Program-made: the position numbers and the translations under genes
NCBI GenBank assembly: GCA_951406725.2
Contig: OX597828.1
Coordinates: forward strand, 76,570,001 to 76,634,000
Direction of reading: 5' to 3'
Source of the DNA: Octopus vulgaris
Lineage: Eukaryota
DNA length: 64,000 nucleotides
In this document: positions 39,896-56,341 of the stretch, in pieces
How positions within the stretch are numbered: the first letter of the stretch is position 1
How the letters are laid out: every line of letters starts with the position of its first letter
Notes under the pieces: generated by a model
Told to the model about the DNA's origin: nothing
Database searches by the model: none
The model's input: the letters and a program-made list of their open reading frames with translations, nothing else

Positions 39896-42550
39896 AAAAA
39901 AAAAACAAAAAAAACGTTATTATACAAAACGTACACTTCTGATAATTAAAAATCTAAATTGAGAGATATTAATTTTCAGTGACAAAATAACAAAATTGGG
40001 AATACCTTCCATTACCACATACACACATGGAAAAATATACACGCTCACAAAATGGCTTCTACTTTATATATCTTACCCGTTTGGTGAAGTTTTTCTCACA
40101 ATTGTTTATCGTGTTTGCCAGAATCTATCTATATATGTGCCTTGCAAGCCTGAAGGTAAATATATGGCTCTTCTTGAAACCGTAGAGTTTACATATATTT
40201 GAAGTTAGTCCGGCAAAATGCTCAGGGAATGAGTTCGTGTTTAATTTTTTGTGGAGTGTATTGTTTTCGTGGAGAGAAACTTAGGTGTATGTAACATTTT
40301 CAAAACTCTTTCTCTGAGTAGATATTGGATTATTTTGCTTCTGAGATTTAACATAGTTTGGGCGAAATTTAACGATGTAGCTTTTGAATGAGGTTGTATG
40401 GAAGATGATATATGACATAAGAATGAGTGGGAAAAATGTGACAACTTAAGAATAAAAGAATGAGAATATGAATGTGGTGACCTGAAGATAACATAGGATA
40501 GGATGACTGTGGTAACTTGGGGGTGAAATAAACTGCTCTATCATGTGACTGGCCTTTTTCTCTTTTTTTACTTCTTAGCCATTTTAAACGATATATTTCC
40601 TTTACATCCACTGAGATTAATGGCGGTACCATCGGCGTGTGCTCAGATAATCATGCTAGTTTCCTAGTAAGATAGATTTTAGAATTCATGAGACATGTTT
40701 TGTTGTTGAGCGGTTATTAGAGAGAAACTGTTGCCATGGCTGAATGCCTTCAGGAATAACGTCTAAGTTATAGAGGGATCATAATTAGAAATGTCAAAGG
40801 TTACAAAGACACGTAAAAGTTTGTGCCGTGTGGCTTCCAATCATTTAACGACGCTGTTTGTGTTGTTCCATTAATCGTAATGTGAGATTGAATGGTGACG
40901 ATTAATTTGTTTAAAAGTTTTTTCTTCATATACAAAATCTGGGATTTCTAAGGTTTATAATTCTATTTGACGGTTTCTTTGCTGGCAAGATTTGTAGTTA
41001 TTTAGTAGAATAGTAGCTTTTCTTTGATAATGTGTCAACTTCATTTTCTGTCCTACATCTTTTTTAATTTGTGCGGCTTCGGTGTTCATATAAATGACTG
41101 CGTTGAAGATGGCGGTGGGGAGGAGTTCCTTGTAGGTGTCAGCAATGGAGATTCTAAGTCTATTTGGGTGTGTTGTTGTTTGGTTTCTTCTGTAGTTTTC
41201 TTTTTTTCTTTTTTTGAGTCAATAAATATCGATGTTTTAGTGTCTGAAAATGATGTTAGTTTGTTCTTGAAAGATTTCTGAAGTACTTTATGTTTTTGAT
41301 GTAAGTGGTGTATACAATTTAAAACATCTTGTTAAATTCTGGCAAGAAGTAAACTTGGTGTTTATATAAATATATCTGGTAGAATATTCACCACCTAAAA
41401 GTGGATGTTCCGTTACGTCGCACAAATACTGCGATATATCCTAAGATCTCTCATTTGGTTATTTGGTGCATAAAAGCACATCGCCGCTACATCCAATGCG
41501 AGGCTCACCAGATCATGTGGTTTCGCTTCCGTTTTGTCTCATCAAAGACAGATACCTTTCAGCTAGAAATAGCAGGATAGATCTCAATATTTATATGCTC
41601 TAGCGCAACACTCATTTTTAGGCGGTGAGTATTTTAATTTTTGGTATTAACATTGCTTCTGTCACCCTAAATACAAAAATCCTTGTATAAAACTTTGCTA
41701 TTCACAGTTCTCGCGACGCGGTGTTTGGCTGTTGTGCGCATGCTCACATGTCGTGATAGGAAGCTGCAAGCTAAGGAGAGAGAGCACTGTAGGTCTCACA
41801 GTGCCGACCTAATGTTCTGGTGAAAAGTAATGTTTCTTTTTTACTCCGCGTGTATTGCGTTTAAAATCGTGTTTATACACTTTAATGTGGTAAAGTTTAG
41901 AATTAGATTATTATCCTGTTTCCAGGTATAGCGTTGCTATCAGGATTTGAAAAATAGAATAGATTTCCTCCTTTATTTTGTGATTTAGTGGAGATTTTTG
42001 AAAAACAAGGGAGCAATAGCGGCGGTGTTTAATGAACATATTCAACACACTAACCGGCAGTGGCTAAAACACGAACCAATCAAAATTTATGTATAAATTT
42101 TCTTTATATATGTTTGTTTCCTTTTACACAATATTAAAACAACGGCTAAAATTTTCCAGAAACAGCAGCCTCACTAATTTTATCTCCGAGCCGCTACTGC
42201 TATCGATCCAAATTCTTGACCAGTACATGCCACCCGATACATCTTGTAATTCTGCTGCAGTAAAATGAAACGTCGAAACCAAAGTATCTGTTTTAAATGC
42301 TAAAATGATTAATTTTACGATATATGGGGTGTGTTTACTTTGGTTTATGCAAATAGAGAAACGAATCGACGGATACCGGGAAAGAGAAACACACAAACAC
42401 ACAAGCATACCTGTATACATGACATTCCCCGAACAACACATAACTATGGATGTCTGTGTGTGTGTGTGTGTGTGTGTGTTTTATTTGTGTGTGTCTGTAT
42501 GTCTGTGCGCGTGTGTGTACATACGCATATACAAATTCATACATATATAT

Positions 42551-42770
42551 CAGAGGTTCCCGACTTGGGGTCCGCAAATCCCTGGTGGTCTGCAAGGCTA
42601 GTAATGAGAGGCTGTGAAATAAATTCAAAATTTCATATATATATATATATATATACAAAGAGAGAGATAAGGATCGGCATATTAAAAGGGGCCCGTAGGA
42701 AAACTTTTTTTTAAATAAAAGAATTGGGAAACACTCTTCGGAACTACTGTGAAAAGCTGGGGAACCACTG
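42551..42770. mobile_element. hAT (Charlie-like) MITE
   Basis: Termini CAGAGGTTCCC...GGGAACCACTG with subterminal GGGGTCCGC. No clean 8-bp TSD. Confidence 0.55.
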
Positions 42771-43037
42771 GCATATACACACACACACATATACATGCTT
42801 GTATATACACACACACACATATACATGCTTGTATATAGGTACATATATCTGCATGTACACCCATCCACACACGAACACACACCCACACATAATTTACATA
42901 TATAATCATTAAAATATTTACACATTCATACATATATACCAAAATAAACTCATATATGCACACACATATATAACTCACACATACGCACATACACACACAT
43001 ACGTATGTATGGGTGTATGTATGTATATATATGTATA

Positions 43038-43070
<33 letters not shown>

Positions 43071-43113
43071 TTATATATACATATATATATGTACGTACAT
43101 ATATATGCATATG

Positions 43114-43149
<36 letters not shown>

Positions 43150-43182
43150 ATATACATTTATAAATACATATATATATACATT

Positions 43183-43213
<31 letters not shown>

Positions 43214-43889
43214 ACACATACATATATATATGCATGTATATATGTACGAACACAAACAACCACATACATATATATGTGTGCCTATATATAAGTATGTAGA
43301 CACAGACATATTAAAACTAGATTCTTTCCACTTGATGCTCCACCATTATAGGTTTCCAGCAGTGCATTAACTATTTTTTTTAAGTTGATTTAATAATAAT
43401 CCATTTTTATCTGATATTATTATTCTATCGGGCGTAAATTGACACCGAATTTAGTACATTTTGAATCGTGTACCGCTTTGTCAGATGAAACACACTCGAG
43501 CTTAAATTAGACACATATACGTGATTCTATATCTCTTTATGTGTGCACAACATACATAGATGTGTGACAGGGAGTGTGTATATAACTAAAGTGGTACTTA
43601 CATATACCGTAGCATATGTTGAGATATAAACAGTTATGTACTAATGTAGACAGTTAGGTATATAGATAGAAGATAAGTAGATAGATAGATAGAGAGAGAG
43701 AGATAGAGAGTATCAAACCGACAGATAAAGTGCCAAGCACACCAACAGGTAGACATGAATAGATAGATACATATACGGCCAGAAAGATTGATGGACATAC
43801 AGACAGACAGGGGAGGGGGAGATGGAGAAAAAAGGAAACAGACAGATAAATAGGTAGATTCGGAGAATGGAACACATACGAACTAGTAG

Positions 43890-44280
<391 letters not shown>

Positions 44281-44735
44281 CATTTACTGTTTTATATTGA
44301 ACTGTGCAATACGCAAGCCACTCAGTAGAAACAGAATCAATGTTTTATCGATCCGAAATTTTAATATCTGCCGAACAGTACAATCAATTTTAATATCTAC
44401 CTAACTGTTCAATCAATATAAACTGTGTCCCAAACATAGGAAGCATAATAATAAAATTAATTTTAATTTCCAAACATTAGTCAAACATTAACATAATGAA
44501 ACAATATTCAGAATTGAAGATTAATATCTGTGGTTAACGGTCAGGGAAGATGGAAATCGCTTCATTCATAATTATATCTATATTTTATATTTTATTGAAC
44601 ACCATGTAACAAAAGTGGGGAAAAAAAATCTAATTTACACTCGAGTTGTTATTGTCAAAGAAGAATTTAAAATACTAAGTTGCTGAAAATAGGTTCAGCG
44701 ACATCGATGCGTTGGTTCTTTCATAGAGTTACCGA

Positions 44736-44790
<55 letters not shown>

Positions 44791-46069
44791 TCTGTGTGTG
44801 TGTGAGTGTGTCTGTGTGTGTGTGTGAGTGTGTGTGTGTGTGCATCAACATTCATATCGTCGCATAGAAACATACACACATATATATATATATATATATT
44901 TATATACATACGTATATAAAACGATATAATATATATATACATGCACATGCAGATATATGCACATACATAATTATACATTTCTTTTTATAAATGTGTTTGT
45001 GTTTACGTTGGTGCGTATGTGTGTGTCTGTGTGTGTGCGTGTGCGTGCGCGCGTATGTGTAACTTTCGATCTCTTAAGATAAAGAATTTCGTACGCGTAC
45101 AAACGATCAAGGCGCACCCGTACACACACACACACACAAACACACAAACAGAAACACACACACATGCGCGCACGTACGCGCACACACACACACACAAATA
45201 CAGACAAGCACACCCTCTCGCGCGCACGCGAATACAGTTAATACGAAGGAAAATTACATCTTAATTTATCGATATTTTGGACGGACCCGTCCAAGCGATG
45301 ACAAGCAGGAAATAGAGCGACTGAAACCCCCCTCAATTTTATTTCCAACCGTGGCCGTTCCACCTCAACCATATCCTAACTTTGATCACGTTGACCCTGT
45401 CTGTTAGTCGTTGTAGTATAAATCGGAGTAACCGCAATTCGAACACCAACCCACCGGTCATTAGCAGGAGCGATGTTGTTCGATCACAATATTCGTGAGT
45501 TACGCTGCTCTGTGTTGAATGCTTCTTCCCCATACACACGTTTCCTTGTTGTTGTTGTCGCGGGGAAGGTTTCAATCCCAACCAGTTTATTTGTAAGATG
45601 TGAATAGAATCCATATTTTTAGAGGACTTTTGGGGAAGCGCAGTACAAAGGTGAATTGAAGTAAAAGTCAGTCATGGCGAGACTTTTATTTAATTTGAAA
45701 TAAATGGTGTTTATATTGTTTCTGAGGGGAGGAAAGTAGCTTTAAATTATGATGGATGTCATTTGGTGTAAAAGAATACAGAAAAAAAAACCAAACTCTG
45801 CATTCTGGAAGGCTTGAAGGCTTATTAACCTTTTAATATGTATAAATTAAGCACACACACACTCAGGTATATACAAGCACCCACATACACATACACCCAT
45901 ACTCACAGACACAGACACACAGGCACACATACACACTTACACATGTGTGTGTGTGTGTGTGTGCTTGCGCGTGTGGGTGCGCTCGTCTTTCCGCGTACCT
46001 ATTCAGGCACGCAGATACATATACGTACATCGGCACACATGTGTATGCGTGTGTGTGTATGTATGTATG

Positions 46070-46125
<56 letters not shown>

Positions 46126-46126
46126 T

Positions 46127-46205
<79 letters not shown>

Positions 46206-46827
46206 TACATATATACTTTCCCCGAATGTAGATTCACAGACATGTTCAAGCTAATGCATGATAGAATCAGTTGCAAGGGCGTGAATAGCTTTGAGTGCAC
46301 AGAAGATGAATAAGATCTAAGAATATTGACATGACAGTCCTACCATTTCAATGACCTGTGATTCTTTTGAGGCGTTCCTTTGTCATTTACAGAACCAGAA
46401 TTATTTTGGTGCACGTCTAAATGCCATATTGTTGCATACAGCTCTTTCGTTTTATGTTTCCCTTTCGTGTGCTCGGCGTGTGGTGGTGTTGGGCGAGAAT
46501 TTAGTTCGATTCTCGTATATGTGTTACGTTTGTGTATGTTGCAATGAGTTTACACCCGAGTGCAATAAGCGTTCGGGTACACAAATGAAAGGAAGATACG
46601 CAATTTATGCTTAGAATAGACTCTTTTTCCCCTCTGAAGCTGATGATTCATTCCTTCTTTGGCATTACCATATTCAGCAAATTCAGCGATTGCATACACT
46701 CGTTCACAAATTCATACATCTACGTGCATGCATATATGCATGCACAAACATATTTATATATGCACAAATGTACATAAATATATACAGAAATATAAATGCA
46801 TTATTTGTTTCGACATACATACATACA

Positions 46828-46863
<36 letters not shown>

Positions 46864-47059
46864 TATATGTTATGTGTATATGTATGTATGTATAGACAAA
46901 TAAAGAAATGCATATATATGTAAATATGTATACAATTACTTGCTTATGCAAATACTTATATTCACGCATGCATACATAGATACACATATATATATAACTG
47001 TACAGATATACCACTATATGCATATTCGTGCATAGATATACGTATGCATATTTGCATAC

Positions 47060-47109
<50 letters not shown>

Positions 47110-47439
47110 AGAGAGATATAGATATATATATATATACACATACATATATATATATATTTGTGTGTGTGTGTATATATACACACACACACATAGGCCTACA
47201 TGCTTATACATCTATACATATACATACCACACATTTGTACAAATATACGCAGGCGTCTGTACCTAAACATATAAAAACATCTCCAAACGCTATTAACTTT
47301 CACTAACAAGCAGGTGTCGTTCAAATTGCAAAATGTTTGTAACGTATGTTTCCCTCCAGAGGAAATTGTTCCCTTCTTCCTTGAAGGCATGTCATGTGCT
47401 CCAAGCATATAACGCATCGTCATTAATTTCCTAACGAAG

Positions 47440-48200
47440 ACGAGGGGCATGTCACCACACAGAAGACTCTGTTAACAAGTGCAATGTACAGAAGTAGACG
47501 AAGGCGTTTAAAGAAGATTAAACCAGCATTGCCAAGAGACCATTGCATTTCGCGATTATGAACCGAGACAAATCGTCAGCAAGTAAACGATTCAAATCTG
47601 CCCGACAGATGAGTCACAATACCCCGAGCTTACCGCACAAGAGGACTTCGCAGTGAATTACAAAACAATGGTTGTAGGTTTTGGCGGTTGACACACATTT
47701 TAAAGGTGAGAATGGTGGAAGGCTGACAAAAGATAATTTGTTTCCAACCTGGGGAAATGCGATACGTGGCCGTATCGTTATGATCCGAAAGTGGATGCTC
47801 AGTCCGTGAAATGGCAGCGCACTTCAAACTAGTCAAAGGCGAATTAGCGGTCGTCACAGAGACCCAGTAAACTGTTTCACGTATGAGAAGGGCGCCATTA
47901 TCCTTGATTTTCTGGAACGCAACCGAATGGTATATTGAGATACTCAACATGCACAGAGAAGCCGTTCGAAGTAAGAGATCGAACTACAATCTGAAAACTA
48001 TGCACATTCACCATGACAATGGGTCACCACACACATCTAGAGAAACAAATGAGGCAACCAGCACATTGGGGTTAGTCACTGGTACATCGCACACCATAGA
48101 GGCCGGATCTGATACCTTTCAACTTCCACACGTTTACGATTTGGGCCAACGATTTGATAAAACACGAAATGAAATTCGTTGCTAATAAGTAAGCACGCAA
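47440..48200 (+). mobile_element. Decayed mariner transposase remnant
   Basis: W.YRYDPK...QS.KW at ~47766-47820 and HIHHDNGSPHT at ~48003-48035, followed by a degenerate PDL.P.DFH-like segment. Boundaries are approximate. Confidence 0.6.
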
Positions 48201-48567
48201 TTGAATAGTTTTGAAATGGAGCCGAAGATGATGCAGATAGACCAATTGTGATACATGCTGTATTGGATAATTGAGCTGTAGAGAGAAGTTGCTCTATTAG
48301 CCCCTGAAATCTGAACCACGTATATTAGTTATTGAAAACTATGCCCAATTTTATATTATATTCCGTGCAATCAACGTACGTTTGTTTGTACTCACATACA
48401 CGGAATATATAGGATGTGTGTATGTGTGTGAGAGAGAGAGAGGCGGGGGAGAGTACATGTTTCATCTTCTCTGTCATGGTCACTTATGAATGCTTGTCCG
48501 ATAGAGTATCGCCAATGCGAGTTCTTTTGTTGCTCCCAATAAATGAAAATTATAATTTCGTAAACAT

Positions 48568-48730
48568 AGGCGCTGGAGTGGCTGTGTGGTAAGTAGCATG
48601 CTTACAAACCACATGCTTCCGGGTTCAGTCCCACTGCGTGGCACCTTGAGTAAGTGTCTTCTACTATAGCCTCGGGCCGACCAAAGGCTTGTGAGTGAAT
48701 TTTGTAGACGGAAACTGAAATAAGCCCGTC

Positions 48731-48774
<44 letters not shown>

Positions 48775-49010
48775 GTGTGTGTGTCTGTGTGTGCGTGTTT
48801 GTGTCTGTGTTTGTGTTTGTCCCCCCAACATCACTTGACAACCGATGCTGGTGTGTTTACGTCCCCGTAAATTAGCGGTTCGGCAAAATAGACCGATAGA
48901 ATAAGTACAAGGCTTACAAAGAATCAGTCTTGAGGTCGATTTGCTCGACTAAAGGCGGTGCTCCAGCATGGCCACAGTCAAATGACTGAAACAAGTAAAA
49001 GAGTAAAAGA
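48568..49010 (+). mobile_element. SINE family 1, full length, with an internal microsatellite
   Basis: Head TGGCTGTGTGG (A box) and GGTTCAGTCCC (B-like), (TA)n(TG)n after CCCGTCG, and tail GAAACAAGTAAAAGAGTAAAAGA. About eight relatives are in the window. Confidence 0.9.
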
Positions 49011-49392
49011 ATATACCATTACCGAACCCAGTTCATACAAAAAGCCAAATTCGTCATCGTCAGTTCGATTCTCGTTCTCTTCACCACCCACGGACGATTC
49101 CAAATACATGTCCTTGAACATCAAGCGCATATCTTAGTATATTATCAATTCTATGAGATGGTAACTAGAAGAATTGAAAAGAAAATCTTTCGAAAAGAGC
49201 GAAAAAGAAATATGTTAAGTGATTCGAATATAAAAATTATTGATCAGACATCAAAGACTTAATAAACTGATCGGCCATAGTCGTACTGCTGCTGCTTCTG
49301 TCGCTGCTGCTGCTGCTGCTGCTGCTACAGTATGAACGCTATTTTAATTGTCTTAATTAAAGCAGTGTGAGGGAAGCGATGTCAGTTATTAC

Positions 49393-49493
<101 letters not shown>

Positions 49494-49611
49494 TTTAAGA
49501 CGTCGTGCAGTATCCAATATCGTGATTTTGCTGATTAAAGATGCTGTGTCTACCAGGGGTGTCTAATATATATAATATATATGTGTGTGTCTGTGACTGT
49601 GTGTGTGTGTG

Positions 49612-49655
<44 letters not shown>

Positions 49656-50002
49656 TATGTATGTATATGATGCAAACGTATATACATACATACGTACTGA
49701 GGGAGAGAAAGAGAGAAGCAAGAGAATGTGAAACAGGGAGAGAAAGTGCAAAGGTCAATTGTGTGGGGGTTTCTCAGGCCCCGTCAATCGTTTTGTTCAG
49801 CTGACTCGAAGTCCCGGTCATCAGTTTTATCGTTGCAATGCATTTGACTCCAAACTCAAAACTGAGAGTCAAAAGTAAATAAAGCGTCAGTAAACATTTC
49901 TTTCGCAATCTGAATCTTTCGTTCAAATAATACCTCTAATTTCATACATACATACGTACATACATGCATATATGTGTGTGTATGTGTGTATACACACACA
50001 CC

Positions 50003-50073
<71 letters not shown>

Positions 50074-50262
50074 GTGGGTGTGTGTGTATACACACTCACC
50101 CACATATATATATATATATATGTATATGGCACGCAGATATGTACAGTTATATAACTTCATAGAAATTCATACACACTCATATACACATACGATTACAAAT
50201 ATACACACATATAGATAGACAGATTGATAGATCGATAGACAGACACATAGATAGATAGATAA

Positions 50263-50327
<65 letters not shown>

Positions 50328-50332
50328 GAGAG

Positions 50333-50363
<31 letters not shown>

Positions 50364-50411
50364 GAGAGAGATAGATAGATAGGTAGATAGAGAGAGAGAG
50401 AGATAGATAGG

Positions 50412-50467
<56 letters not shown>

Positions 50468-51892
50468 ATGACAGACGTGTATATGTATACACGCATATAA
50501 GTTTATATCTGCGCTCACACACATCCATACATACACACACATATATATCAATATCAATATAAATGTGAGCAAGAATTTATATGTATGGGCAAGTGTGCTC
50601 AAAAGACGGGCGCTTACAAGAGAACATAGGTATGGGAAAAACTAGACAAAGTTATATTTCTTCATTGTATTGGTCGCTTGCAGCTAAAACTTCAAACTTC
50701 AACCTTTTGCTAAATGGCGTTTCCTGAATAGCGTTCATCAGGTAATTGTTGGCAGAAAGAAATCTGAATTCAAAGTCTCGAATCTTTGTATTCAATGTCA
50801 AATATGTGACATTATCAGGACAGTAACAATTCTTATGTATTTATATAATGTTTCCGTGATTTTTCCGTGTATTAACTTCTCTTTTTTCCTTCCTTCTCTT
50901 CCTCATTATATTCAGTAGCTCCATATTCTATTCTTCATATGTGAGAACGTAAAAAGATCGTTATGTTCAGATACGTGCAAACCAAAGCTGCGATCAGATA
51001 TCATCTTTATATCTCTATCGCCCTTTCGGTATGTGTATGTATGTCTGTCTCTCTACACTCTTCCACATATGTTTCTAGCTTTTTATAGACTTACCTTTCT
51101 TCCTATATATTTATATACATATTCTTGATTCTTGCTCTCTCCTTGTAAATGTGGCTATATATCAAGAGAGATCTCTGTCAGTCTGTCTGTCTATGCCTCT
51201 CTTTGTATAAATATATGTATACACACACGCACACACACACACCCATACACACATCGCATATATGTTCATTGTCAAACTTCGTGCCTGGTTTCTTGTATCC
51301 ACATTATCAGTATATATTTATGCCAGCCATTTGCATTCTAACTTCTCAAAACATTCCATCACTCTTACTCCAAAATTCATGGCTGCTCATTCAATGCCTC
51401 GCTCTGTCTCTCTCACTCTCTTTTCTCCCTTTCTCTCTCTCTCTCTCTCGCCACTTTTCTTTCTGTTACACTTTGCGCACAAACACATCTATTGATGGAC
51501 ATATGTGCATAGATACAGAAACCATATGGATGCTCTTTACTCTCATAATCTGAATACACATTTGTTTGCTTACAGTGCACAATCTTGTGTGTACGCATAT
51601 ATATGTATATATATATATATATAATTTTCTAGTTAATATATAGTATTAAAAGACATATAATTAGTGCATGTACTAGTTTTTTGTATATTTGTGAATCTAC
51701 AAACCTGTACGGTTGAGTAAAAATATGAAATGACGAAATGTTTACGTAGACCAATCTATTCCACAGCAGAATGACGTATTTTAATGAATACGTGTGTGTG
51801 TGTGCATGTATGTATTTATACCTATAAACGTATATACATAAATATTTACGTATACTTCTTCAGATATATTTAATATATATATATATATATGC

Positions 51893-51934
<42 letters not shown>

Positions 51935-52190
51935 GCGTGTGGGAATGTGTGTGTGTGTGAGTGAGCGATTGTGGTACATCAATATACGGTTCTGCAAGCT
52001 TATGACAGGAGGGTGTAAGTATCCGGTTACACTGAAATTTTAATTTATCGCTCAGACCTCCGTCTTCACCCTCCATCAATAATTATGGAAGGACGAATAT
52101 AATGAGAAATTTCCCTCTGCGATAAAATGTCTTTATACAAATGTCTTTGCAAAAGCTATGCTTTTTCTTGGTATTTCATTCCTTTTGTTA

Positions 52191-52246
<56 letters not shown>

Positions 52247-52482
52247 TTTGTGTGTGTGTGAGAGAGACGGAGCAGGCTTGTGTGTGTGTGTGTGTGTGAA
52301 TAAGCGTTTGCGTATGTGTGTGTGTGTGTAATATGGAGAGAGAAAGAGAGTGAGTGGGTGTGTGAGCGTGCGTTGATGTAACTTTCTACATGACTGTGCG
52401 TCTCTCTCTCTGTATGTACATATATATATATATATATGTGTATATACATATATATATGTATATGAATATATCTATCTATCTC

Positions 52483-52529
<47 letters not shown>

Positions 52530-52995
52530 CTCTCTCTCTATATATATATATATATAATATAAGTATGTGTGTGTGTATATATACATATATATACACAAAC
52601 ACACATATGTATGAATGTATATATACATATATATATATAGTTATGCATATATATATATATGTATGCAAGTATATATGTATATATGTATATATATATATAT
52701 ATATATATAAACGTGCTTATGTATGTATGTATGTATGTGTAAATGCGTGTATGTATGTGTAAATACACACATCCTTATATATATATCGTATATATATGCA
52801 CACACACACCTTCACATACTCATACCCTCTATATCTTTCACATATAGACACACACACATATATGTATATACACAGAGTGAGAGGGTGAGATGAGAGACAC
52901 ATGCACACATTGATGCCCTTACTTACACACGTGTGTGTGCGCGTGCGCTGACGTGTGTGCGAGTGTGTGTTTGCTTGTGTAGTTATTATCTATAT

Positions 52996-53033
<38 letters not shown>

Positions 53034-53215
53034 GTGTCCATACGTAAACAGATGTGTGTCTGCATTAAAATTAAATTCATGACACAAAAATTAAGGCGGC
53101 TTTAAATTCTTCTTTTAATAAACACCTGCAAGTGTGTGCGTGCATGTGTCAGTGTACCTGTGCGGATTTGTATGCCCATATCTTATTTAATACGTGTGTG
53201 TGTGTGTATCTAGGT

Positions 53216-53257
<42 letters not shown>

Positions 53258-53545
53258 GTTACCACTGGCTGGCTGTATACATATATACATAAAGCGACAG
53301 GTAATAGAATAGACACCGAAAATTGAATGACAGCTTGGAAATAGGAAAATTTTAATGAACTTTAAATTGATTTGTTTTAACAGTTTTATACGTCCATACA
53401 TAAGACCATACATGCATATATACACAATATGCATAATATATATGTATATTCATGCGTATATAAATATACATATAGACACATATTTATTATACACACATAT
53501 ATATATTAATCACATATGCATATATATATATACATATATATATAC

Positions 53546-53693
<148 letters not shown>

Positions 53694-53829
53694 GATATAT
53701 ACGAATATATATCCATACACACACACATACACACCAGAGATGAAAGCAAACATTGAGTTCCATATGTAAGTGTGTGCCTACGTGTAGGCTGGAAGTATAA
53801 AATTTGTGAATGTGTATAACTATACGAAT

Positions 53830-54001
<172 letters not shown>

Positions 54002-54911
54002 TACATACATAAATGTACACATACACAGTGGTATTTTATATAAACGCATATATGTGTGTGTGTTTGCTTCTGTGTGTATTTATGTGTGGGTGTGTGTGTG
54101 TGGTATTGTGTTTGTGTGTGTGTTTGTGTGCGCCAAACACTCGACTACGGAGACAATTATGCTGAATGGAGGAGAAATATATCAATTGGAAATCTTTTGA
54201 CGTGCTAAGTTTTTTTCCTTTTTGTTTTATTTCTTTTATTTATTTATTTATTTATTTATTTATCATTTTGATAAGTAATAAAGTCTCCAGTGAAATATTG
54301 CATTGTAGTAATATAGACAACGAAAGACTTGTATAAAATAGCGATAGAAAATGTTAATTGTGGTCAAAGTTGGTGAAGTTAATAGATGAAAAATGATATG
54401 ACTTGATAGAGGGAGAGGCGAACGCCGAGGAGAATTAATAGAAGAAGCGACGGAATTATTCACTGATAAGAAATGTGTCTCTAATCTACTGTGGGGGCTA
54501 CAAATGAGTGTGTGTGTGGGTGGGTGGGGTGGGGGGTTTGTACACACATACATACACACACATATAGATATATACAGAGAGAGGGAGACAGAGAGAGACA
54601 GAGAGCAATGGGTAAATAGATGAGGCAAATATGTCTATGTATATATCAAAATGTATTTTGCATAAATGTGTATACGCACATGGGTTGAATGTTAATGTGT
54701 ATGTATATGTGTATTTGCATATATTGTGCATGCATTTTTAATTACACACATACGATAGATATATACATACACACAAACACACGCACATATATATATATAT
54801 ATAAGCATGGATATATGTGAGTATAAATATATGTATATATATATACATATATACATACATTCATATATATATAGAGAGAGAGATAGATAGATAGATAGTT
54901 AGATAGATAGT

Positions 54912-55029
<118 letters not shown>

Positions 55030-55711
55030 TATAGATAGATAGATAGATAGATAGATAGACAGATAGATAGTAGGGAGATAGACAAACAAACAGTTAAATA
55101 GATAGCAACGAAACACCTGCATGGCCTCGAGAGACCAACCTGAGTAATATTTTACATATTCCTGATTTATATTTAAGAATAATCATCCGTTTTGTTTCAC
55201 GTACATAAACTTAAAATCCTTCCACCGGCCATTCATTGTGTATTTTCACAGCGTCAGATAAAAAAGTTCTTAGATAAAACTTCTATATAAGCTTGGGTGT
55301 TTGTACCTGGATTAGTGTGGTGGACGTTACACGTAAGAGCGTAAGACCAATTCTTAAACTCAGTAAGTCTGTGCATATATTCCGCGAGTCCAAATAGTTC
55401 TTACGCGATAAAGTGTCGCAGAGTACTGAACACATTTTTTTAGCAGAGTCAGCTATAAAAACCATGTAGCACAACAAAGGTTGAGACGACCAGAAATCAA
55501 CTGCACTTCAGGTTTGTTATACGAGTTTACCATCGAGTTTAAGGAACTGGTTCACACGATACGTAACCCATCGCTGGGGTCACTAGCGAGTGCTACTATT
55601 TCGAGTTAGAGTAGACCAGGGATGAAGAGTAAGAAGAGCTGGGTTCATACTTCTCAAAGTTTTATCCTGTAATGAGGCCCTGGTACGGAAGCAGTTTAAA
55701 GTCATTCGCAG

Positions 55712-55759
<48 letters not shown>

Positions 55760-56089
55760 CTTTATAAATACATTAATGCCTCGATATACGAGTTAATTTG
55801 TTTCCGGAGATTGCTTGTAAAGCAGAGCAATGATTTCCCATAGTAGCAATGACATTTTATGCTGTCACTTTCCTTTGTCGGTGTGTAGACCAGTCAGAAC
55901 CAGTGTTGCCACATGTTATAACATTACCACACACACAAAATGGCTGTATAATCTTTTTATATTTTTTATAAAATGCAATTCGTAAACCCGCGGACTCGTA
56001 AAACGAGTTGTCGTAAAGTGAGGTACTACTATATATATATTATTTTCTAATGAAGAAGCATGGCTTACTGGTAGTGTATTCGTCTGTCG

Positions 56090-56341
56090 GTGCATTGTAC
56101 CCTTAAGCACCACACATTATTTCTCTTTGCTCTGGTCCAATCTGCTGACAAAAATGAGTTGTCCTTCTTTTTTCAAAAGGGCCAGCCTTGTCACAACCCG
56201 TGTCACGCTCAATCACGTAAAGATCTACGTTAATGGCACGCGTGCCTGCGGATTGCTCCGCCACTAGCAAATTAATTTCAAGAGTAGACAGTTCTGTTGA
56301 ATGCTCGTCGACTGGAATGCTCGTCGTCGTAAGGGACGGAG
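56090..56341 (+). mobile_element. SINE 3' part related to 18643-19023
   Basis: TTCAAAAGGGCCAGCCTTGTCAC..GTGTCACGCT..CTACGTTAA..CTCGTCGTCGTAA..GACGGAG is shared. Confidence 0.75.

Noticed and set aside
40700-41600. Possible mariner fragments (KVCAVWLP; SVTSHKYCDI)
   Set aside because: Too degenerate, with no TIRs; cannot be supported without an alignment.
45339-45614. 91-aa minus-strand ORF
   Set aside because: No recognisable domain; the region looks more regulatory than coding.
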